Part shown: positions 16,702 through 25,937 of the stretch, piece after piece
Layout of the letters: each line of letters opens with the position of its first letter
How positions within the stretch are numbered: the first letter of the stretch is position 1
Origin: Clostridiales bacterium
GTDB taxonomy: Bacteria; Bacillota; Clostridia; Saccharofermentanales; Saccharofermentanaceae
Assembly (NCBI GenBank): GCA_017513085.1
Contig: JAFWDK010000018.1
Location: 1 to 64,000 of the forward strand
Reading direction: 5' to 3'
DNA: 64,000 bases
Position numbers and translations under genes: made by a program
The notes under the pieces: model-generated
Database searches by the model: none
Told to the model about the DNA's origin: nothing
What the model saw: the letters and a program-made list of their open reading frames with translations, nothing else

Positions 16702-19010
16702 TCAAGGATCTCCTTATTTTCAGAGCTGCAAGACACAGTGTCAGATGACATGGTAGCCGGTTCAGACGGTTCATTCTGGTTTCCCGGATCAGGACTCGAT
16801 TCCGGCGGAGGCGGTTGCGGCGTCGGAGTCGGATCTGACGGCTGAGGTTCCGGAATCGGTGTCGGTGTAGCCGGAACAGGCGTCGGTTCAGGTGTAGGTG
16901 TTGCCGGAACAGGTGTCGGTTCAGGTGTAGGTGTTGCCGGAGCAGGCGTTGGAGTCGGCACAGGTGTCGGAGACGGCGTCGGTTCCGGTGTTGGAGTCGG
17001 AGACGCTTCATTTATCGCAAATACCGCACTCAACATGACATCATTCGCCGGCATGACAAATGTATAGGTATCCGTAAAGCTTACACTGTTTCCGTAGGCA
17101 TCTACCCATGCCACAAAGTGGAAACCGATATTCGGAACTGCAGATATCGTGATCGTCGTGTTCGCCGGGAATATACCTTCACCCGCAACCGTTCCATCAC
17201 CCTGAGCCTGAAGGATCAGGTTATATCCGATGACCTCTGGTGTCGGCGTCGGTGTACCACCACGTTGCTTGTCTTCCTGTGTACCCACAAAGATCTTGAT
17301 GGAAGACTTTCTCTGTACAACAGTCTTTGGCGCAGGATCCGTCAGAAGCACAAACAACTGATTCTCAGGCAGATTCATAGCTGCCAGTTCCGGACTGATA
17401 TCGATCGTACCAAGAACAAGATCCGCTTCATCGATCATCTGTCTGGCTTTATCAAGAGGGAGACCAATGATTTCCGGAACAGTGATTTCCGTGGATTTTT
17501 GGCTGAAAATGATATGTATATCCGCACCGGGATTAACAGGAGTTCCCGGAGCCGGCTCAGTACGAAGGACGATTCCTTCTTCCACTTCATTATTGATTTC
17601 AGGATGTGCCGAAACATTGTACCCTTCATTTCGGAGTTTCGTAAACACCTCGGCATACTTCATTCCGGTATAATCCGGAAGATCGACAGCATCCGGAGCT
17701 TTACTGACCGTTAATTCGAGCACGTTCACGGTACTGTTATTCTTGATCTCCATACCTTCCTGAATATTCTGCTTGATGACCACGTCCGGCGCATAATCCG
17801 TACGGACCTCATATCCGACGATCTTATATGCAGTAAACTGGTTTTCTTCAAAACTCTTTTGGACTTCAGCTATCGTCTTACCCACATAGTTCTGAACAAC
17901 AAAAACATTATTGGTTTCGCGCTGAACCGTCTTTTTCAGAGTATCAGCCACAAGCACGGTGAGTCCGATCAAAAAACCGAAGATCAACAGAACGATAGCA
18001 ATAACAATAAGATTATCTTTCAATCTGGAGTGTCTTCTCGTCTTGATGGAACGCTCGATATCCTTCAGTTTTCCGTAATTCGGTTCCTGTCGGATAGAAG
18101 ATGAATTATTGCCGGAAAGATTTTCCTTCGGCGTATCGGCTGAAGGCTCAACAATACCATAGGAGCCGTTCGGATCGACCATAAGGGCATCCAGCTCGCT
18201 GACCATCTCACGGATCGACTTATAACGCAGTTTCGGATCCTTTTGCATCGCCTTCTGGATAATGGCATCAAGTCCCTGTGGAACACCCGGAACAAAAGAA
18301 GATGCATAAGGAACCGGTTCCTGGAGATGCTTAACAGCGATCGACACAGACGTTTCTCCGTCAAAAGGAACACGACCGGTAACCATTTCAAACAAAGTAA
18401 CGCCAAGTGAGTAAATATCGGAACTCGGGCTGACTACACCGCCCCGGGCCTGCTCAGGAGAAAAGTAATGAACGGATCCGAGCGCACCGCCGGAAGTCAA
18501 TGTGATCGTATGGTTCGTAGAGGCATGGGCAATACCAAAGTCCGTCACTTTAGCAATACGGTCTCTTGTAATAAGGATATTATGCGGTTTTACATCACGA
18601 TGGACAATACCGTTCTGGTGAGCCGTATCCAGAGCCATACCTACCTGGATCACGATCGGAACTGCCACTTTCCAGTCAAGATGACCGTTTTGCAGGATCA
18701 TCTCCTTAACCGTAATGCCCTCAACATACTCTTGAACCATGAAACGGATATTGCCTTCCTGGCCTACACCGAAAACATGAACGATATTGGCATGGGAAAG
18801 CGACGAAGCAGCTTTCGCCTCTGTATCGAAGCGCTTGATAAATTCCGGATTATTGGCAAACTCCGGTTTCAGGATCTTAATTGCCACATTCATGCCGGAA
18901 GACAGGTCTGTGGCTAGATAAACATCTGCCATACCACCGCTGCCGATCAATTTAATGACCCTGTATCTTCCTCCTAATATCATGCCCTCCGGGCTCATCG
19001 TCGTACTCAT
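16695..19010 (-). CDS. pknB: PASTA Ser/Thr kinase PknB/PrkC with an extra C-terminal beta-domain and Pro/Thr tail
   Basis: GSGGMADV, VAIK, HRDVKPHN, DFG and SPEQARG; one TM helix; three PASTA repeats; downstream of a PP2C phosphatase. Confidence 0.95.
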   Translation of the reverse strand: MSTTMSPEGMILGGRYRVIKLIGSGGMADVYLATDLSSGMNVAIKILKPEFANNPEFIKRFDTEAKAASSLSHANIVHVFGVGQEGNIRFMVQEYVEGITVKEMILQNGHLDWKVAVPIVIQVGMALDTAHQNGIVHRDVKPHNILITRDRIAKVTDFGIAHASTNHTITLTSGGALGSVHYFSPEQARGGVVSPSSDIYSLGVTLFEMVTGRVPFDGETSVSIAVKHLQEPVPYASSFVPGVPQGLDAIIQKAMQKDPKLRYKSIREMVSELDALMVDPNGSYGIVEPSADTPKENLSGNNSSSIRQEPNYGKLKDIERSIKTRRHSRLKDNLIVIAIVLLIFGFLIGLTVLVADTLKKTVQRETNNVFVVQNYVGKTIAEVQKSFEENQFTAYKIVGYEVRTDYAPDVVIKQNIQEGMEIKNNSTVNVLELTVSKAPDAVDLPDYTGMKYAEVFTKLRNEGYNVSAHPEINNEVEEGIVLRTEPAPGTPVNPGADIHIIFSQKSTEITVPEIIGLPLDKARQMIDEADLVLGTIDISPELAAMNLPENQLFVLLTDPAPKTVVQRKSSIKIFVGTQEDKQRGGTPTPTPEVIGYNLILQAQGDGTVAGEGIFPANTTITISAVPNIGFHFVAWVDAYGNSVSFTDTYTFVMPANDVMLSAVFAINEASPTPTPEPTPSPTPVPTPTPAPATPTPEPTPVPATPTPEPTPVPATPTPIPEPQPSDPTPTPQPPPPESSPDPGNQNEPSEPATMSSDTVSCSSENKEILEW
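16871..16936 (-). repeat. 33-bp tandem duplication (PATPTPEPTPV) in the PknB tail
   Basis: ccggaacagg[c/t]gtcggttcaggtgtaggtgttg occurs twice on the + strand. Confidence 0.85.
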
Positions 19011-19762
19011 GCTTTCTCCTTACTCTTTTTCATCTCGAACTCTACGAGAATCATCGATATATTGTCTTCTCCTCCGGCCCCCAACGCCAGATCAAGGAGT
19101 AATTGTGCGCAATAGTCCAAATTCTTGTGCTTCCGAAGCACCGCGCGTATCGTTGCGTCCGCCACATAGCCATAAAGACCATCTGAACACATAAGTATAA
19201 CATCTCCGTTGGTAATTTCAACCGTGAAGGTATCCGGGCTGACGTATTCATTTACACCTAAAGACCGAAGCAGAACATTTCTCTTCGGATGTGTCCTGGC
19301 TTCTTCCTTCGAAAGCATTCCGGAATCGACCATTTCCTGGACAAGCGTATGATCCGTTGTTAAAGCATCCATGTGCTGTCCATGAAGAAGATAAAGACGA
19401 CAGTCACCGATATGGGAAACATAAAGAGTCTTATCCCGGAGCACCGCGATCGTAAGCGTGGTGCCCATTCCACGGTAACGGAAACTGCCCAAAGACTGAA
19501 GATAGACCTTCACGTTTGCTTTTTCAATCGTAAAAGAAAGCAGCTTCTTCAGTTTTTCCTCATCGTCCGCTTCAAGAAGATAATCGTTTAAAGCCTGCGT
19601 AACATATTCGACAGCCGTTTTGCTGGCCAGTTCTCCTGCAGCATGACCACCCATACCGTCCGCAATAACGAAACACTCGTCCTTTCCTACGGTAAATGTG
19701 GCAAGACAATCCTCATTATTTGCGCGCACCAGACCTTTGTCGGATACACTCACAATTTTCAT
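19007..19762 (-). CDS. stp: PP2C-family Ser/Thr phosphatase (Stp1/PrpC)
   Basis: RANNED, ADGMGGH, GMGTT, IGDCR, CSDGL and GGEDNI; ATGA overlap with rlmN. Confidence 0.95.
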   Translation of the reverse strand: MKIVSVSDKGLVRANNEDCLATFTVGKDECFVIADGMGGHAAGELASKTAVEYVTQALNDYLLEADDEEKLKKLLSFTIEKANVKVYLQSLGSFRYRGMGTTLTIAVLRDKTLYVSHIGDCRLYLLHGQHMDALTTDHTLVQEMVDSGMLSKEEARTHPKRNVLLRSLGVNEYVSPDTFTVEITNGDVILMCSDGLYGYVADATIRAVLRKHKNLDYCAQLLLDLALGAGGEDNISMILVEFEMKKSKEKA

Positions 19763-20796
19763 GTCGTCTTCTCCTGCAACCCTCTTCTTAATTGACCACA
19801 AGCAGCCATAATATCCGTTCCCATCTCACGACGAAGCGTAACCGTCATACCACTCTTTTCAAGCAACTCCTGAAAAGAACGGACCGAATTAGGCTTACTC
19901 CGCTTAAAAGGACTGCCGTCAAATTCGTTGGCAGCAATAAGATTGATGTGACAGTGAATGCCATGAAGAACTTTTACCAGTTCTCTCGCACACTCCGGTG
20001 TATCGTTGACACCATCAAACAAAGAATACTCGAAAGTAATACGCCGATTGGTATTCTTCTCATACGTACGGCAGGCATCCAGTACTTCCTTGATGGTATA
20101 GCGGTTCGCAATCGGCATGAGCGTCTTACGAAGCGCATCGTTCGGAGCATGCAGAGAAACAGACAGATTCACTTGCATATCGATCTCTGAAAATTGTAAC
20201 ATTTGAGGCACAAGTCCGCAAGTTGAGACCGTGATGTGACGGGCTCCGAGGTTAAGTCCGGCTTCCGAATTGGCGCTACGCAGGAATCGGATCAACTGGT
20301 CATAATTGTCAAACGGTTCACCGATTCCCATCACCACAACACTATGTATTCTCTCCTGGGCAAAAGCACCTGCCAGAAGTACCTGTCCAAGCATCTCTCC
20401 GGAAGTGAGATTCCTGCCGAAGCCCGCATGGGCCGATGCACAGAAACGGCAGCCCATCTTACATCCCGCCTGCGAAGAAATACATATGGAAAGACCTGTC
20501 TTATAGCGCATCAGCACTGTCTCGATACAATGCCCGTCATAAAGGCGGAAGACAAACTTCTGCGTTCCATCGATCTTGGAGACCAGATGCTTCTCGACAC
20601 TCATGCTTTCCACGATCAGGTCCTCGGAAACCGCTTTCTTGATGTCATTCGGCACATTTGTCATTTTCGAAAGATCCAGTGTTCCCTTCATGAACCACTG
20701 ATAGATCTGAAGAGCCCGAAACTTCGGAAACCCCTTCTCTTTCATATATTCTTCCCAATCCGGAAGATCCAGGTCGAACACAAATCGCTTGTCCAT
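19759..20796 (-). CDS. rlmN: Dual-specificity RNA m2A methyltransferase RlmN
   Basis: CKMGCRFC radical-SAM motif, MGIGEP, SLHAP and AACGQL. Confidence 0.97.
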   Translation of the reverse strand: MDKRFVFDLDLPDWEEYMKEKGFPKFRALQIYQWFMKGTLDLSKMTNVPNDIKKAVSEDLIVESMSVEKHLVSKIDGTQKFVFRLYDGHCIETVLMRYKTGLSICISSQAGCKMGCRFCASAHAGFGRNLTSGEMLGQVLLAGAFAQERIHSVVVMGIGEPFDNYDQLIRFLRSANSEAGLNLGARHITVSTCGLVPQMLQFSEIDMQVNLSVSLHAPNDALRKTLMPIANRYTIKEVLDACRTYEKNTNRRITFEYSLFDGVNDTPECARELVKVLHGIHCHINLIAANEFDGSPFKRSKPNSVRSFQELLEKSGMTVTLRREMGTDIMAACGQLRRGLQEKTT

Positions 20797-22172
20797 TATT
20801 CTCTCCTCCTCAGTTTCGCCATGAAGAATCCGTCAAAAGGACCTTCATCCGGAAGCAGTGTCATATAACCTTTTTGCGCCTCTTCTTGAATTCTCGGAAG
20901 AGCAATCAGCGCATCAGAAAGCCTTTCGGCGAAAGAAACCGTTTCAAATTCAGGATGTCTTTCCAGAAAGTCCCGTATCTGCTCCTCATTCTCGCAAGGA
21001 TCGATCGTACATGTGCTGTATACGAGCACTCCGCCCTTTTTCACACGAAGACAGCTGTTCTCCAGTATTTCTTTCTGCACTTCGATCAGAGACCGCATTT
21101 TTTCATACGTCATGGAAAGACGTATATCCGGCTTTCTATGAAGAAGTCCTAATCCGCTGCAAGGTACATCGCATAAAACCAGCTCGTACTCCGCAAGAAG
21201 CTTCTCTTTCTCTTCTTTCAGATAAGTACAATCGTAAGGCATGGTATGGATAATAGAAAGGCCAAGCCGCCCGGCGTTCTCATCAACCATTCTAAGGCGG
21301 ACCTCATTGGCATCGAGCGCATCGATCCTGCCTTCATTCCTCATCAATTCCGCCATATGGGCCGTCTTCCCGCCCGGCGCGCTGCAAGTATCCAAAACCG
21401 TCATACCGGGCTTCGGATCGGCAATATGCGAAACCAGCATGGCAGAAAGGCTTTGCACGGAACAAGCTCCCTTTATGTAAATCGCGGAATCAGATATATC
21501 CGACGCATCCGACGCAAGGCGATAAGCATATGGAAGAACATCCTCTTTTTCCAACGTGATCTGATCTTCCCCTGCCAACTCAAAAAATGCCTCTTCCGAT
21601 GCAAAAGCACTCGTATTTCTTCTTAAAGTGACCTTGGGATCAGACAGAAAAGCTTCCAGAATACTCGATGCTTTAGCCAGACCGAACCACTTGACAAAAC
21701 AACCGGCGATCTCACTTTTGAGAGAATAGCGGACCGCGACATTTTTAGGATTCAACCGTGAAAGGTAATCCTGACCTTCCATCGCCACTTTCCGGAGCAC
21801 GGCATTGACAAGTTTAGCCGCCCCCTCATGACTGACCTCCTTTGCCAGCCTGACGATCGAATCGACCGCTGCGTAATCTTTCACGCCAAAAGAAAACAGG
21901 ATCTGCCAAGCGCCCATTCGAAGACAGGTCCGCACAGATCCTTGAAGCTGTGATAATGGAGTTTTTAAATAACGGTCCAACACGGCATCCAGTGTATGGC
22001 AGCGAGTGATCGTTCCGTAAAAAAGCGCAGTGATAAACGCCTTGTCCTGTGATGAAAAAGCGCTTTTGCAAAGTTCCTGCTTTAATATCAGATTGGAATA
22101 CGCCTGGTTTTCGAAAACTTCGTAAAGACAGGCATAAGCCACATATCTCGGCTCGTCACGAAAGACGTTCAT
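20796..22172 (-). CDS. rsmB: 16S rRNA m5C967 methyltransferase
   Basis: NusB-like N-terminus, CSAPGGKT, DVPCSG, YSTCT and DGFFMA. Confidence 0.95.
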   Translation of the reverse strand: MNVFRDEPRYVAYACLYEVFENQAYSNLILKQELCKSAFSSQDKAFITALFYGTITRCHTLDAVLDRYLKTPLSQLQGSVRTCLRMGAWQILFSFGVKDYAAVDSIVRLAKEVSHEGAAKLVNAVLRKVAMEGQDYLSRLNPKNVAVRYSLKSEIAGCFVKWFGLAKASSILEAFLSDPKVTLRRNTSAFASEEAFFELAGEDQITLEKEDVLPYAYRLASDASDISDSAIYIKGACSVQSLSAMLVSHIADPKPGMTVLDTCSAPGGKTAHMAELMRNEGRIDALDANEVRLRMVDENAGRLGLSIIHTMPYDCTYLKEEKEKLLAEYELVLCDVPCSGLGLLHRKPDIRLSMTYEKMRSLIEVQKEILENSCLRVKKGGVLVYSTCTIDPCENEEQIRDFLERHPEFETVSFAERLSDALIALPRIQEEAQKGYMTLLPDEGPFDGFFMAKLRRRE

Positions 22173-23137
22173 GAAGGTTTATCCTCCATACTTCGTCCCA
22201 CTTCATAATTATGGGCACAATCAATGGCCTTCATTCTTTTTCCGGAAGCCGGCTGGATCTCAAGAAGATAAAGAGGTCTATCCTTGCACATGACGGCAAG
22301 AACGCCTTTCCTGGCAGCAAGCACGGTACCGGGTGCGGGAATTCCATGAGAAGATGTATATTCGGAAAGCAATGTCTCTCCATTCGGATCGAGCCATGCA
22401 TCATAGATCTTCAACTTGCTTCCCTTCCAGTAAGTGGAAGCCCCCGGCCACTGGGAAAGCGCCCGGATCTGGGCACAGATCTCTGCTGCGGTCTTTTCCC
22501 AGGAAATCTCTCCCTGTTCTTTCGTGATCGGCGGGGACATAGTCGCCTCATCGTTATTTTGCGGAACAGGACGGACCTGCCCGCTGATGTATTTGGGTAA
22601 CGTCTCTATAAGAAGCTCCGCGCCTGCCTTGGCCAACTGATCCATCAATTCCGGCGTATGCACACGTTCATCGATCGGCACTTCACAAGAAGTCAGGATA
22701 TCACCGGTATCCATACCGGCATCCATCTTCATGATCGTCACACCCGTTACTTTATCCAGATTCAGGATCGCCCACTGTACCGGAGCCGCTCCCCTGTACT
22801 TAGGAAGCAAGGATCCATGCACGTTGATACAGCCGTACTTAGGAAGATCAAGCATCTCCTGAGGCAGGATCTTTCCATAGGCCGCGGTTACGATCATATC
22901 CGGCGAATACGAAGCGATCTTCTCCATCGCTTCTCCATTACGAAGAGACGCCGGCTGATAAACAGGAATATTACACTCCAGTGCTTTTACCTTGGCAGGA
23001 GGTGCAGTAAGCACCATCTTTCTGCCTACAGGCTTATCCGGCTGAGTTACGCAAAGCACCACATCATATTTCTCCGAAACAAGTCTGTCCAGCACCGTGG
23101 CCGCAAGTTCCGGCGTTCCCATAAAAACTATTCTCAT
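22169..23137 (-). CDS. fmt: Methionyl-tRNA formyltransferase
   Basis: FMGTPE, TQPDKP, NVHGSLLPKYRGAAP and MDAGMDTG. Confidence 0.97.
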   Translation of the reverse strand: MRIVFMGTPELAATVLDRLVSEKYDVVLCVTQPDKPVGRKMVLTAPPAKVKALECNIPVYQPASLRNGEAMEKIASYSPDMIVTAAYGKILPQEMLDLPKYGCINVHGSLLPKYRGAAPVQWAILNLDKVTGVTIMKMDAGMDTGDILTSCEVPIDERVHTPELMDQLAKAGAELLIETLPKYISGQVRPVPQNNDEATMSPPITKEQGEISWEKTAAEICAQIRALSQWPGASTYWKGSKLKIYDAWLDPNGETLLSEYTSSHGIPAPGTVLAARKGVLAVMCKDRPLYLLEIQPASGKRMKAIDCAHNYEVGRSMEDKPS

Positions 23138-23139
23138 AA

Positions 23140-23628
23140 TTACTCCTGATCGTCATCATCCGCGTCTTCGTCTTCGACGACTTCGACAACTTTATCAATA
23201 AACAGGATACCATCCAGATGGTCATACTCATGACAGATACACACGGCAAGAAGCTCTTCCGCTTCAAGATCGAACCATTCGCCATGACGGTCCTGGGCAC
23301 GCACTTTGATTTTGGTAGGGCGCTCCACATATCCGTTCTTTCCCGGGCAGGACAAGCATCCCTCAATGCCCAGCGCGGAACCTTCGCGCTCATAGATCTC
23401 CGGATTAACGAATTCCAGTTTTCCATGCTCGTCTCCCACATCCACGACGAAGCAACGGCGCAAAATGCCAACCTGAACAGCGGCAATGCCGATACCCCGG
23501 TTTTCAAAATACATGGTTTCTGCCATATCGTCTAACAGTGTAGCCAGCTTTTCATCAAACTTTTCAACAGGTCTGGAGGTCTTCCGAAGAATCGGATCAC
23601 CATCGACAACAATTTCTCGTAAAGCCAT
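23140..23628 (-). CDS. def: Peptide deformylase
   Basis: GIGIAAVQ, EGCLS and HEYDHLDG. Confidence 0.97.
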   Translation of the reverse strand: MALREIVVDGDPILRKTSRPVEKFDEKLATLLDDMAETMYFENRGIGIAAVQVGILRRCFVVDVGDEHGKLEFVNPEIYEREGSALGIEGCLSCPGKNGYVERPTKIKVRAQDRHGEWFDLEAEELLAVCICHEYDHLDGILFIDKVVEVVEDEDADDDDQE

Positions 23629-23664
23629 ATTGCACTCCTACTCATTCATTAATGTGAATCTATT

Positions 23665-25920
23665 TTACCACATCGTGTCTATATCTACCGAAATCGAATA
23701 TCCGTAACCGGCATACGCCTTCTGAAGTTTCATAAAACCATCCGAAAGCAGGGCCTTGCTTTTCGCGCGCACGACGATCTGGTAGCGGTAGCGGTTCATG
23801 ATCTTAGGCATATTGGCCGGACAAGGCCCCAGAATGATCATATCCGTACCGAGACCCGAAGCCATTTCACGAAGAGTACCCGCCACCATCGTCGCCTGGT
23901 TCTTACATGCCTCTTCATTTTCATGCGTGATCAGGATGCCGCCCAACGCCCTAAACGGCGGATAAGCAAGTTCTTCCCGATACTTGATCTCGCTGTCGAA
24001 GAACTTTTCATAATCTTGCGCAGCTGCCATCTGATAGATCGGCGAATCCGGGCAAAACGTCTGGATAAATACATGACCTTCCACATTGCCCCGTCCCGCT
24101 CGGCCACTGATCTGTGCCAACAACTGAAAAGCTCTCTCCCTTGCACGATAATCACTTTGAAAAAGCACTGTATCGGCGCCCAGCACGCCGACTACGGAAA
24201 CTTTCGGGAAATCATGGCCTTTTGCGATCATTTGTGTACCGATCAGGATATCCGCTTCATGATTTCTGAACTGTTCGAGTATCTTCGCATGAGCATGCCG
24301 CGTCGAGGTGGTATCCTGATCCATGCGAAGCACTTTTGCCTCAGGAAAATCCTCCGTCACCCAATCCTCAAGTTTCTGTATAGCATCGCCACGATCTCCG
24401 ATATACTCACTGCCGCAGTAAGGGCACGTTTCCGGCTCAGGTATAACTTTTCCGCAGTAATGGCAGATCAAGAGTCTCCTTGCCCCCATCGTTTTTGTGT
24501 GCAGGGTCATCGGCACTTCACATTCCGGGCACGTAACCATAGTCCGGCACGAATGACAAAAAACATTCCGGGAATATCCTCTCCGGTTCAGAAGCAGCAT
24601 TACCTGTTCACCACGCGCGAGCGCCTGTTTGGTCGCCGTATATAGTTTCCGGCTGAAAAGCGAACGGTTGCCGGCATCCAGTTCCTGCTGCATATCCACA
24701 AGTTCCACTTTCGGAAGGATCGCTTCTCCGACCGCTCTATTCTTCAATGTCAGCAACTGCATATACCCATGTTTGGCTGCATAATACGTTTCCACGGAAG
24801 GAGTCGCGGATCCCAGAAGAAGCGTGATACCTGCCTTTTTCGCACGGTACCGCGCCACATCTCTTGCCGAATAGCGCAGCATGGTATCTGCCTTATAAGA
24901 CGAATCATGCTCTTCGTCAAGGATGATAAGCTGAAGGTCAGAAACTGGCGCAAATACCGCAGAACGGGCGCCGACCACGATACGGACCTCGCCGTTTTGG
25001 ATCTTTTTCCAGGAATCATATCTTTCTTTGGCTGTCAGGCGGCTATGCAAAACCGCAATCTTTTCCGGAAAACGTGAACGGATCCTGGATACAGTCTGTG
25101 GCGTCAAAGATATCTCCGGCACCAAATATAGAACACTCCCGCCTCTCTTCAGGATCTCCTCCGTGACCTGAAGATAAACTTCCGTCTTACCGCTTCCCGT
25201 CACACCGAAAAGAAGAAACTCCTGATTTCCCTTCGCATTCAGTATCGCCTCGACAGCCACCTTCTGCTCCGGATTCAAGATATGTCTTTCCTGTTTTTCA
25301 CAAGGCTCTTCCGGTGCCTGCTCTTCGGCCGCGGCACGCTGCTCAGCCGAAACATGCACGCTGCGGATCGTTACCAATCCGTTTTTGGCCAATGTATCAA
25401 TAGGCGAACGGGAGATGGATAATTCTTGCATCAGGTCAGCAAGCGGCATCTCCTCCACTTCCATAAGCCACTGCAACGCACGAAGTTGTGGAAGCGAAGA
25501 AATCGATTCGGAATCGATCGCGTCACGTGCTTTTTCCTCCGAAACCAGAGAAACCACCAGTTGGCTTCTTCCGGTACGCTTTGTCACCAACGCCGGCACC
25601 ATCTGCTGCATCGCAGATCCATAAGTCGTAGCATAGCGTCTGGTCAGAAAATACAGGATCTCCAGCTGTTCCGAGTTCAAAACAGGTTCTTCTTCAACAA
25701 TCGAATGAATACTTTTCATGCGAAAAGCTCTCGCTTCCGAATCTGCCTGGGCTTCTTTCAGTTTCAAGACCAAAGCCACACACGGGCGGTTCCCGTTACC
25801 AAACGGCACGCGGATATACTGCCCGACTCTGATCTTTTCCCTAAGTTCCTCGGGGACCAGATAGTCATAGGCTTTGTTTGTATTCCAGACACTCTCTCGC
25901 AATACAACTTCCGCTACCAT
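23665..25920 (-). CDS. priA: Primosomal protein N'
   Basis: GVTGSGKTEVY, DEEH, SATP, Cys-rich Zn region and GTQMIAKGHDF. Confidence 0.96.
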   Translation of the reverse strand: MVAEVVLRESVWNTNKAYDYLVPEELREKIRVGQYIRVPFGNGNRPCVALVLKLKEAQADSEARAFRMKSIHSIVEEEPVLNSEQLEILYFLTRRYATTYGSAMQQMVPALVTKRTGRSQLVVSLVSEEKARDAIDSESISSLPQLRALQWLMEVEEMPLADLMQELSISRSPIDTLAKNGLVTIRSVHVSAEQRAAAEEQAPEEPCEKQERHILNPEQKVAVEAILNAKGNQEFLLFGVTGSGKTEVYLQVTEEILKRGGSVLYLVPEISLTPQTVSRIRSRFPEKIAVLHSRLTAKERYDSWKKIQNGEVRIVVGARSAVFAPVSDLQLIILDEEHDSSYKADTMLRYSARDVARYRAKKAGITLLLGSATPSVETYYAAKHGYMQLLTLKNRAVGEAILPKVELVDMQQELDAGNRSLFSRKLYTATKQALARGEQVMLLLNRRGYSRNVFCHSCRTMVTCPECEVPMTLHTKTMGARRLLICHYCGKVIPEPETCPYCGSEYIGDRGDAIQKLEDWVTEDFPEAKVLRMDQDTTSTRHAHAKILEQFRNHEADILIGTQMIAKGHDFPKVSVVGVLGADTVLFQSDYRARERAFQLLAQISGRAGRGNVEGHVFIQTFCPDSPIYQMAAAQDYEKFFDSEIKYREELAYPPFRALGGILITHENEEACKNQATMVAGTLREMASGLGTDMIILGPCPANMPKIMNRYRYQIVVRAKSKALLSDGFMKLQKAYAGYGYSISVDIDTMW

Positions 25921-25937
25921 GTGTTACGCTCCTAACC

